Shown here: piece by piece, positions 1-6,927 of the stretch
How the letters are laid out: the number at the start of each line of letters is the position of its first letter
Position numbering within the stretch: position 1 is the stretch's first letter
Assembly: GCA_035478335.1 (NCBI GenBank)
Contig: DATIJS010000033.1
Coordinates: forward strand, 1 to 57,417
Direction: 5' to 3'
Origin: Candidatus Saccharimonadales bacterium
Lineage (GTDB): Bacteria > Patescibacteriota > Microgenomatia > Levybacterales > UBA12049
Length of the DNA stretch: 57,417 nt
Program-made: the position numbers and the translations under genes
The notes under the pieces: generated by a model
What the model saw: only the letters and a program-made list of their open reading frames with translations
Told to the model about the DNA's origin: nothing
Database searches by the model: none

Positions 1-393
1 TCAGAGATTGATGGCGGGAATGCAGAGAAAATAAGACAATTCCTGGCTAAATACAATTCTCCTCTTGAGCCCTATGCTGTTGACATTGTAAACGCTGCAG
101 ATGAGTACGGACTAGATCATCGACTCATTGTAGCCATTGCCATGCAGGAATCTGGCTTATGCAAGACTATCCCCGAAGGATCAAACAACTGCTGGGGGTT
201 TGGAATATATACCGGGCATGTAACCCGCTTCGCAGATTACAAAGAGGGAATATACACTGTCACCAAAGCGCTTGCTACCAGATACAAGAATAAAGGGCTT
301 GTAACTCCTGAGCAAATCATGACCATGTATACACCAAATAGCAACGGAAGCTGGGCACACGGCGTTAATCACTTCATGGACAAACTCCAATAA
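1..393 (+). CDS. Peptidoglycan hydrolase-like protein (GH73/glucosaminidase-like), 5'-truncated by the window edge
   Basis: Frame 1 is open from nt 1. The motif AIAMQESG...NNCWGFGIY resembles the glucosaminidase ES...NN.FGI signature. It is a clear paralog of 626..1177. Confidence 0.55.
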   Translation, partial: SEIDGGNAEKIRQFLAKYNSPLEPYAVDIVNAADEYGLDHRLIVAIAMQESGLCKTIPEGSNNCWGFGIYTGHVTRFADYKEGIYTVTKALATRYKNKGLVTPEQIMTMYTPNSNGSWAHGVNHFMDKLQ

Positions 394-503
394 TTCTGTA
401 AAGCTGAATTTTTACGAACTCGAATTTCACTTATACAAAATTTTGACAGGTTATCAAAATAGTGCTCTGAAAAAACTGTCCCGCAGAGCTTATAGTTTAA
501 TGC

Positions 504-532
504 TTGACAAACCCATAGTTATATGTTATAAT
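504..532 (+). promoter_or_regulatory. Near-consensus sigma70-type promoter (TTGACA-17 nt-TGtTATAAT)
   Basis: TTGACA lies at 504-509, followed by a 17-nt spacer. The extended -10 is TG at 524-525 and TATAAT at 527-532. Confidence 0.6.
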
Positions 533-541
533 CCTCCACAG

Positions 542-585
542 ATCCTAAGGCATGTGCCCAAAACACTTGCGTTAGGATTTTTTTT
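542..585 (+). terminator. Intrinsic-terminator-like hairpin plus T8, about 10 nt downstream of the promoter
   Basis: ATCCTAA (542-548) pairs with TTAGGAT (572-578). An inner GCATGTG/CACTTGC stem has one T-T mismatch. The T-run spans 578-585. Confidence 0.55.
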
Positions 586-625
586 AGCAAAAATTAAAAC
601 TTAAACTGCATATAAAATCAAAACT

Positions 626-1177
626 ATGAAATTAAACATACTCAAAGCATTTACAATCGTATTTTTTGGGCTGTTGATAACAACTGGTAAGGTATCGGCA
701 AACACAGCCAGACCTTCTGCTGTGCTTATATCAGATAGCAATATCAAACCTGCTGACAAACGTGCTGAGACTTTGAGAATATATCTGGAGTCATACAACT
801 CACCTCTGGCGCCTTATTCCAAAACATTTATTCAGGAAGCAGATAGGAATAATCTGGATTGGAAATTGGTAGTATCAATTGCCGGAAATGAGTCACAATA
901 CGGACAAATGATTCCGCCAGAATCATACAACGCATGGGGATTTGGTGTTTATGGCACAAATGTTCGCTATTTTTCTTCATGGGATGAAGGAATTGCTGTA
1001 GTTTCCAAAGCGCTCAGAACAGAATACATGAACCAAAGAGGGGCAACAAATGTGTATGAGATAGGCTCAACCTATGCCGAGGACCCGCTGTGGGCAAATA
1101 AGGTAATGTTTTACATGAACAAACTTGAAGATTTTAACAATCAAGCTCCTAACTCAACTCTTTCCATTTCGCTTTAA
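626..1177 (+). CDS. Secreted peptidoglycan hydrolase-like protein (GH73/glucosaminidase-like)
   Basis: It has an N-terminal signal/anchor (MKLNILKAFTIVFFGLLITTG). The motif SIAGNESQYG...YNAWGFGVYG parallels the upstream paralog. Confidence 0.6.
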   Translation: MKLNILKAFTIVFFGLLITTGKVSANTARPSAVLISDSNIKPADKRAETLRIYLESYNSPLAPYSKTFIQEADRNNLDWKLVVSIAGNESQYGQMIPPESYNAWGFGVYGTNVRYFSSWDEGIAVVSKALRTEYMNQRGATNVYEIGSTYAEDPLWANKVMFYMNKLEDFNNQAPNSTLSISL

Positions 1178-1236
1178 ATATTCTATAATGAAATTGTGTT
1201 TTCGGACAATTATCAAAATGCCTAGCATTTTGAAGA

Positions 1237-1318
1237 GCGGACGTGGTGAAATGGTAGACACGCAAGTTTTAGGAACTTGTGCTCAAAAGGCTTGGAGGTT
1301 CAAGTCCTCTCGTCCGCA
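1237..1318 (+). tRNA. tRNA-Leu (anticodon UAG), type II with long variable arm, CCA not encoded
   Basis: Acceptor GCGGACG/CGTCCGC, 3-bp D stem and anticodon arm CAAGT-TTTAGGA-ACTTG. T arm is GGAGG-TTCAAGT-CCTCT, with discriminator A at 1318. Confidence 0.9.
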
Positions 1319-1335
1319 CACTTCTTGACAATCAT

Positions 1336-2166
1336 ATGCAAAAATCATTAATAGAAAAACAACCTGACGGAACAATAAAATTAACAATATCAATTCCGTT
1401 CGATTTGATATCAAAAGCGCGGGAGAAAGCAATAATTGAAGTAAGTAAACAGGCCAATGTACCTGGATTTAGAAAAGGCAAAGCCCCTGAAAAATTGGTT
1501 GAGGAAAAGCTGAATAAAGAACAAATTGATCAGGATGTCCTCAAAGATCTTCTACCCGGAGAATATCAAAAAGCAATTGCCGAGCACCAATTAAGACCAA
1601 TTATGAACCCTAAAATACATATTGAAAAGATGGACGAAGGGAAAGACTGGACATTTGAAGCATTGACATGTGAAGCGCCTGCAGTTGAGGCTGGAGATTA
1701 CAAAAAAAGTGTCCAGAAAGTTACAGCAAAGAGCAAGATAATTTTACCCGGGAAAGAGCCGCAAAAACCAACCTTTGAGGAGATTGCCAAGGCAATTCTT
1801 GAAACATCAAAGGTTAATGTTCCGGCAATCCTTCTTGAGCAGGAGACAGACAGATTGCTCTCCCAACTTCTAAATGATATCAAAAAGCTTGGGCTTAATC
1901 TTGAACAGTATTTGGCCTCAACCAATCGCACGCCTGAAGACCTGAGAGCAGAATACTCAAAAAGAGCAGAAGATGACATGAAGCTGGAATTTGTATTACA
2001 AAAAATTGCAGAAAATGAAAAAATAACGGTTGAAGAGAAAGAAATTGAAGAAGCTATCCAAAAAGCAAAGTCTGATGAAGAAAGAAAGCATTTGGAAGGA
2101 AATAAATACCTATTAGCAGCCATTCTCAGGCAGCAAAAAACGCTTGATTTTCTTATGGGATTGTGA
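1336..2166 (+). CDS. tig: Trigger factor, short form (N-terminal ribosome-binding and C-terminal domains; PPIase domain absent)
   Basis: It carries the GFRKGKAP signature. The N domain runs straight into C-domain-like sequence (VPAILLEQETDRLL...). The start is set at ATG 1336 because the ORF-track start at 1279 lies inside the tRNA-Leu gene. Confidence 0.8.
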   Translation: MQKSLIEKQPDGTIKLTISIPFDLISKAREKAIIEVSKQANVPGFRKGKAPEKLVEEKLNKEQIDQDVLKDLLPGEYQKAIAEHQLRPIMNPKIHIEKMDEGKDWTFEALTCEAPAVEAGDYKKSVQKVTAKSKIILPGKEPQKPTFEEIAKAILETSKVNVPAILLEQETDRLLSQLLNDIKKLGLNLEQYLASTNRTPEDLRAEYSKRAEDDMKLEFVLQKIAENEKITVEEKEIEEAIQKAKSDEERKHLEGNKYLLAAILRQQKTLDFLMGL

Positions 2167-2181
2167 TAGAATAACGTCGCA

Positions 2182-2868
2182 ATGGCAAGTAAAGTGTCAA
2201 AAAAGCGCATAATCAGAAATTCGCTGGAGGCTATCACCAACATCGGTGACGCTAGCGGTGTAATAAAAGGTGTTGGGAAATCTTTAGTAGATGATATGGC
2301 AATAGATGGTGCCAAGGATTTTTTCGGAGATTTTCTGGGAATGGATCTAAACTCATCAAAAAATAAAGCTTCGGATAAATCAGAACACGAGCCTCAAAAT
2401 ACAGACGCAAACGGCGAAATTGATATAGTCAATTTCAAGACCAAGTCTTTTGAGAAAAAAGCACATCATGTCGAGCAGCGAGTAGAGGCAGCGATTGATT
2501 ATCATCGTGACATTCTCAGATCATCCGAACATGCCTCAAAGCAGGAATTGCACACCAGACAAAGTCAAATTCAACAGCTCAGACTGGAAATACAGGCATT
2601 GGCCAGTTCTATTAAAGTCCTCAAAATGGAATTTGCTCAAGTTACTACAGAGCAATCAGTCGCCAATGTCGGTATATATCAGGAAAACTTTCTGGAATGG
2701 ATGATAAAGCAAATCCGTGCAGCACGTGAGAAAGTAGACAATTCAAGCGCATGTCTTAATATATCAAAAAATAAACAAAGCAAAAAAGGATATTGGGGTA
2801 TGTTCAAAAAACACGGCACCAGCTTCGCCATGTCCAATGAACGCGGAGTAGCCACGCAGGTAGGGTAA
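2182..2868 (+). CDS. Hypothetical protein (coiled-coil region, basic C-terminus)
   Basis: It is a 228-aa ORF with no motif I recognise. An extended -10 (TGaTAGAAT) lies 9 nt upstream. Confidence 0.55.
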   Translation: MASKVSKKRIIRNSLEAITNIGDASGVIKGVGKSLVDDMAIDGAKDFFGDFLGMDLNSSKNKASDKSEHEPQNTDANGEIDIVNFKTKSFEKKAHHVEQRVEAAIDYHRDILRSSEHASKQELHTRQSQIQQLRLEIQALASSIKVLKMEFAQVTTEQSVANVGIYQENFLEWMIKQIRAAREKVDNSSACLNISKNKQSKKGYWGMFKKHGTSFAMSNERGVATQVG

Positions 2869-2888
2869 AGTCACCTAAAATGAACTGT

Positions 2889-2918
2889 TTGACACATAGC
2901 TTTTAGATTTGCTATCAT
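2889..2918 (+). promoter_or_regulatory. Promoter of the ilvA leader (TTGACA-18 nt-TATCAT)
   Basis: TTGACA lies at 2889-2894 and TATCAT at 2913-2918. The leader ATG follows 7 nt later. Confidence 0.55.
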
Positions 2919-2925
2919 CAAATTA

Positions 2926-2970
2926 ATGAAAAGACAGGGAAGCATTATAAGTATCATTATTAACTCCTAA
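2926..2970 (+). CDS. Candidate Ile-rich leader peptide MKRQGSIISIIINS (14 aa)
   Basis: ATG is at 2926 and TAA at 2968-2970. Five of 14 codons are Ile. It sits between a promoter and an antiterminator/terminator pair upstream of threonine dehydratase. Confidence 0.55.
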   Translation: MKRQGSIISIIINS

Positions 2971-2973
2971 CAA

Positions 2974-3022
2974 GGAGGTTTTATCGCATTGCTTTAAACC
3001 TCCCCGCAACGGGAGTTTTTTT
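2974..3022 (+). promoter_or_regulatory. Attenuator: mutually exclusive antiterminator and intrinsic terminator
   Basis: GGAGGTTT (2974-2981) pairs with AAACCTCC (2996-3003). Alternatively CTCCC (3000-3004) pairs with GGGAG (3011-3015), followed by T7 (3016-3022). GGGAG is also SD-like, 7 nt before the ilvA ATG. Confidence 0.55.
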
Positions 3023-4279
3023 ATGGATAATATGAATAAAGTAACCGTACAATCAATTGATGAGGCTGCCAAGACGCTTGAAAAAGTAGTTAAAAAAACA
3101 CCGCTTCAATTCAACAAAAGACTTTCTGACTTATATCAAGCCAATGTATATATCAAACGGGAAGACCTTCAAGATGTCAGATCTTTTAAAATCCGTGGCG
3201 CTTACAATAAAATTGCCTCATTGTCATCAAAACAAAAAGAGCATGGAGTTGTAACTGCAAGTACGGGTAACCACGCACAAGGGGTCGCCTACAGCTGCTT
3301 TCTCCTCAAAATAAAAGGAACAATTTTTATGCCAACTGTGATACCAAATCAAAAAATTGAAAAAGTAAAGCACTTTGGCGGAAAATTTATTGAAATAAAA
3401 CTAGTTGGCAACACTTTTGATGATGCTGTTGAAGCATCTTTGGATTATTGTAAAGAAATAAATGCGAATTATGTTCATCCATTTGATGATCCTGTAACAA
3501 TTTCAGGTCAGGGAACTACCGGAAAAGAGATTTATGAGAAACTCGCTGGTGAGGTAGATGTGATCATTTCTCCGATCGGCGGAGGAGGTCTGATATCCGG
3601 AATCTCTACATACGTCAAAACTAAAAATAAAAAGATAAAAGTTTTTGGTGTCGAAGCAGAAGGTGCTGCAAGCATGGAGCAATCTTTACGCACAAAAAAA
3701 ATAGTACCACTTGGAATTTTTGATACTTTTGTTGATGGAGCTGCCGTGAACAAAGTTGGAAATTATGCTTTTGAAATCTGCTCAACACTTGTTGAAAAAG
3801 TGTGCATTGCTAAGGTAGGTAAAATTTGCTCAACCATGATAGATCTTTACCAACAAGAGGGGATAATCGCCGAACCTGCAGGCGCGCTGTCTATCTCAGT
3901 CCTTGATGATTTAAAAAGCGAAATAATAGGCAAAACAGTTGTATGTGTTCTGAGTGGAGGAAACAATGATATTTTGAGATATCCTGAGATTATGGAAAAA
4001 AGTCTTGTTTACAAAGGATTAAAACACTATTTCCTTGTAGAATTTGCACAAAAACCTGGCCAATTGAAGGCTTTTCTCAATCACGCACTTGGCCCCTCAG
4101 ATGATATTGTTTTGTTTGAATATATCAAAAAGAATTCTCGCGAAAAAGGCCCGGCACTCATTGGAATTGAGCTTACAAAGAAAGAAGATTTAACCCCTCT
4201 TCTTGACAAAATGGACAAGCTGCAGATACGATATACCAAGATAGATAGCGATGACCCGCTATATGGATTTGTTCTATGA
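3023..4279 (+). CDS. ilvA: Threonine ammonia-lyase (threonine dehydratase) with one C-terminal ACT-like regulatory domain
   Basis: It shows PLP fold-type II motifs (SFKIRGA, STGNHAQG, GGGGL). The C-terminal regulatory domain reads HYFLVEFAQKPGQL. Confidence 0.9.
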   Translation: MDNMNKVTVQSIDEAAKTLEKVVKKTPLQFNKRLSDLYQANVYIKREDLQDVRSFKIRGAYNKIASLSSKQKEHGVVTASTGNHAQGVAYSCFLLKIKGTIFMPTVIPNQKIEKVKHFGGKFIEIKLVGNTFDDAVEASLDYCKEINANYVHPFDDPVTISGQGTTGKEIYEKLAGEVDVIISPIGGGGLISGISTYVKTKNKKIKVFGVEAEGAASMEQSLRTKKIVPLGIFDTFVDGAAVNKVGNYAFEICSTLVEKVCIAKVGKICSTMIDLYQQEGIIAEPAGALSISVLDDLKSEIIGKTVVCVLSGGNNDILRYPEIMEKSLVYKGLKHYFLVEFAQKPGQLKAFLNHALGPSDDIVLFEYIKKNSREKGPALIGIELTKKEDLTPLLDKMDKLQIRYTKIDSDDPLYGFVL

Positions 4280-4319
4280 CCCTTCGGCAGGCTCAGGGTC
4301 ATATTGAGTTTATCGAAAT

Positions 4320-4697
4320 ATGAAGATAATACAGACAAATAATGCACCCGCTGCGGGCGGCCCATATTCGCAGGCAATAATCTCCGGTAGTTTTGTTTTT
4401 TGCTCAGGGCAGATTGGCCTTGATCCCAAAACCGGTGAGCTAAAAGGAGCTGATATTATTTCCCAAACAACTCAGGTAATCTTCAATTTAAGTGCTGTTC
4501 TTGAAGCAGCGGGATCATCACTACAAAACGTTATTAAGACGACATGCTATCTTACAAATATTTCTGACTTTCAGAAGTTTAATGACATTTACGCAAAACA
4601 CTTTGTTTCAAACCCCGCCCGTGCAACAATAGAAGTATCCAATCTCCCCAAAGATGCAATTGTAGAGATCGAGCTGGTCGCTGAAATTGTGCTATAA
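4320..4697 (+). CDS. ridA: RidA/YjgF family reactive enamine/imine deaminase
   Basis: The 125-aa product begins NAPAAGGPYSQAI..SGQIGLDP..G, typical of RidA. It lies directly downstream of ilvA. Confidence 0.88.
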   Translation: MKIIQTNNAPAAGGPYSQAIISGSFVFCSGQIGLDPKTGELKGADIISQTTQVIFNLSAVLEAAGSSLQNVIKTTCYLTNISDFQKFNDIYAKHFVSNPARATIEVSNLPKDAIVEIELVAEIVL

Positions 4698-4706
4698 TCA
4701 ATTCTC

Positions 4707-4902
4707 GGGCTCATAGCTCAGTTGGTTAGAGCCGGATCTATAGCTCAGTTGGTTAGAGCGCTTCATTGACATTGAAGAGGTCAGCGGTTCGAATCCACTT
4801 AGATCCACATTGACATTGTCAAGGAACGGAGACCGAAGGTCGAGTTCGCCTGAGAGCGAAGCGAAACAGGGGTGGGGAGAGGTTCGACTCCTCTTGGGCC
4901 CA
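4707..4902 (+). other. Split tRNA-like gene: 5' acceptor and D arm (4707-4733) and T arm with 3' acceptor (4878-4902), separated by 144 nt
   Basis: GGGCTCA pairs 7/7 with TGGGCCC (one G-U). The D arm is GCTC-AGTTGGTTA-GAGC and the T arm AGAGG-TTCGACT-CCTCT. No anticodon arm can be placed between them. Confidence 0.5.
4734..4807 (+). tRNA. tRNA-Val (anticodon GAC), CCA not encoded
   Basis: Acceptor is GGATCTA/TAGATCC and the anticodon arm CTTCA-TTGACAT-TGAAG. The T arm AGCGG-TTCGAAT-CCACT has one C-A mismatch. Confidence 0.85.
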
Positions 4903-4916
4903 CAAATATTTAATAC

Positions 4917-6014
4917 ATGCAACCAAGACTGCAACGCTACAAAAAATTTATAGATACTCAATTTATCGATAGCCTACTCTGGAATAAGGACTACTCGCTT
5001 TATGGACTGGATAAAAATTTAAGAACCAAAATCGAAGCTGGCCAATTCAAAAATATAATATTTACAGGAATGGGCTGTTCTGCTATTGTCTCTGACGTTA
5101 TCAAAGGATTCTTTGCCAATCAGCAAATATCACTTCATGTTGAGGTATTAAACGATTATCAGTTTGGTTTTCTTGTTGATAAAGAAACTCTCACTGATGA
5201 AAAAACTCTAATTATTATCAGTTCTTACAGTGGATACTCCCAGGAACCGCTTAACTTTTACCAAAACATTAAGGATTTAACGCAAAACGTAATTTTTCTA
5301 ACATCAGGGGGCAAATTAGCCGAAATTGCAAAAAATAATCATGTTTCCTTAATTTATTGGAAATTACGAGAACCAGACCGAGAGTACCCACTTTTTCATG
5401 TTCCACAATATTTCAGCATACTGCTCGATATTTTCGCGGAATTGAAGATGATTAAATCAAATTATTACAAAGAACTAGAAGAATCTGTTGCATTTCTAAA
5501 AAATTATTTTACTGAGGAAAGAATTAAGCTATCCGAGTTAATAGCCGGGAAGTTAAGAGATAGAGAAATTATATTTTTAGCTAATCCAATGTGGTATTTT
5601 ACCTTACTGAAGCTAGCAGATATGCATTTCAATGAAATGTCTATGGCTCCTGCTCACAGAAATTTCTTCCATGAATTTACCCACAGTGAAGTAGCTGTTT
5701 TTACCAATCCCAAAAATAAGCTTGCAATTGTAATATTTAGAGATGCAGAAGAAGACGAATATACAAACGAAAAAATAGATAATCTTGTTTCTATTCTAAC
5801 TGATAAAAATACTGCTCAAAACAAAAATATTGAACTAATCGAAATACACTTGAATCAGGCTAATTTCTTTGAAAAATTCTTCTCCTCGCTTCTTTTCACA
5901 AATTACATTGCTTATTTTTTGGGAATATATAACAAAACTGAATCTAGAGAGCTAATTTCGTTATCAGCAGGAAATCCCTGGTATAATCAGAAAACAATAC
6001 AATCGGAAAAGTAG
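4917..6014 (+). CDS. SIS-domain sugar isomerase, likely bifunctional phosphoglucose/phosphomannose isomerase family
   Basis: It has a SIS-like motif (IIFTGMGCSAIVSDV, IIISSYSGYSQE). Its length and layout resemble archaeal-type PGI/PMI. Confidence 0.6.
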   Translation: MQPRLQRYKKFIDTQFIDSLLWNKDYSLYGLDKNLRTKIEAGQFKNIIFTGMGCSAIVSDVIKGFFANQQISLHVEVLNDYQFGFLVDKETLTDEKTLIIISSYSGYSQEPLNFYQNIKDLTQNVIFLTSGGKLAEIAKNNHVSLIYWKLREPDREYPLFHVPQYFSILLDIFAELKMIKSNYYKELEESVAFLKNYFTEERIKLSELIAGKLRDREIIFLANPMWYFTLLKLADMHFNEMSMAPAHRNFFHEFTHSEVAVFTNPKNKLAIVIFRDAEEDEYTNEKIDNLVSILTDKNTAQNKNIELIEIHLNQANFFEKFFSSLLFTNYIAYFLGIYNKTESRELISLSAGNPWYNQKTIQSEK

Positions 6015-6032
6015 GATGAAAAAATATATTTT

Positions 6033-6614
6033 ATGAACAGATCTGAAGCGTATAGCTTGCTAACCAAATATTTAAATAACAAAAACCTCCTCAAGCACTC
6101 GCTTGCTGCGGAGGTGGCTATGATTGCACTTTACAAACGTCTAACTCCTCAGAATGATCAAAATACTGCTGATGAAGAGAAATGGGGGATTACAGGACTT
6201 TTACATGATGCAGATTATGAGCTGGCTCGAACTTCAAATCAGCTTGACAAACACGGGCTTTTACTTTTTGAAAAAGAACCAGATATTGTTCCAGAAGATA
6301 TTACACATGCGATTAAGTCACACAATTACAAAAATACCAAAGTGTTGCCTGAAAGTCTGATGGACTGGTCTATAACAGCTTGTGATCAGCTGACAGGACT
6401 AATAGTCGCAGCAGCACTCGTTCTACCTGATAAAAAACTTTCATCTTTAACAGCAGATTCTGTGCTCAAACGAATGAAATCACCATCTTTTGCCAAAGGT
6501 GCAGATAGGGAGGCTATAAAGTTTTGCGAGACAGAACTTAAAATCCCGCTTCCCGAATTTGTAGAAATTGTTCTTAAGGCAATGCAGTCAATTAGTGACG
6601 ATTTAGGGCTTTAA
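6033..6614 (+). CDS. HD-domain phosphohydrolase
   Basis: H...HD metal-binding residues are present (KHSLAAE, GLLHDADYE). Confidence 0.7.
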   Translation: MNRSEAYSLLTKYLNNKNLLKHSLAAEVAMIALYKRLTPQNDQNTADEEKWGITGLLHDADYELARTSNQLDKHGLLLFEKEPDIVPEDITHAIKSHNYKNTKVLPESLMDWSITACDQLTGLIVAAALVLPDKKLSSLTADSVLKRMKSPSFAKGADREAIKFCETELKIPLPEFVEIVLKAMQSISDDLGL

Positions 6615-6652
6615 ATTTGACAATATAAACCAAACCTTTCTATACTACTTCT

Positions 6653-6883
6653 ATGAGCCAGCCATATGAAAAATCCAGCCTCAAACTTTCAAGAAAACAA
6701 ATTGTTGTGAATAATTTTGTAGGTGGTCTTTTCTGGGCGCTTGGAGCGACAGTGGGACTGGCATTTATTTTTGCGCTTCTAAGTCTTATTGCAAAAAATG
6801 TTAACCTGGTCCCATTCGTAGGATCATTTGTTTCCCAAGTAATTAATTTCGTCATCTCGCACAACCCAAATCTTCAAAAATAA
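6653..6883 (+). CDS. Small membrane protein (two predicted TM helices)
   Basis: The 76-aa ORF has hydrophobic segments. A TTGACA-18-TATACT promoter ends 6 nt before the ATG. Confidence 0.55.
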   Translation: MSQPYEKSSLKLSRKQIVVNNFVGGLFWALGATVGLAFIFALLSLIAKNVNLVPFVGSFVSQVINFVISHNPNLQK

Positions 6884-6927
6884 CTCAACTCTTTATAATC
6901 AACCACAATTCAGCTATAATTTAATAT

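Noticed and set aside
1279-1335. Upstream extension of the trigger factor ORF
   Set aside because: It overlaps the tRNA-Leu gene (1237-1318). The conserved Tig N-terminus starts at ATG 1336.
1698-2315. Long antisense ORFs opposite real genes (for example 1698..2315, 25062..25685, 30594..31028, 36282..36695, 47904..48362, 11323..11724)
   Set aside because: Each lies opposite a confidently identified gene. Each has Ser/Leu/Phe-rich composition typical of shadow frames in AT-rich DNA, and none has a recognisable motif.
4275-4301. Hairpin ATGACCC...GGGTCAT spanning the ilvA stop codon
   Set aside because: It has a 13-nt loop and no following T-run, and ridA starts 19 nt later. It is unlikely to be a terminator and is at most an mRNA-stability element.
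4849-4870. Hammerhead-ribozyme-like core elements (CUGA..GA...GAAAC) in the segment after tRNA-Val
   Set aside because: The CUGANGA box lacks the N7 position (the sequence is CUGAGAG). Stem II would be only 2 bp with a 3-nt loop. No stem I/III with a UH cleavage site could be drawn. The resemblance is probably fortuitous, but an Rfam scan would settle it.
4698-4961. 87-aa minus-strand ORF covering the tRNA locus
   Set aside because: It lies entirely antisense to tRNA-Val and the tRNA-like halves. Its translation is low-complexity, and no promoter or start context supports it. It is most likely a chance ORF.
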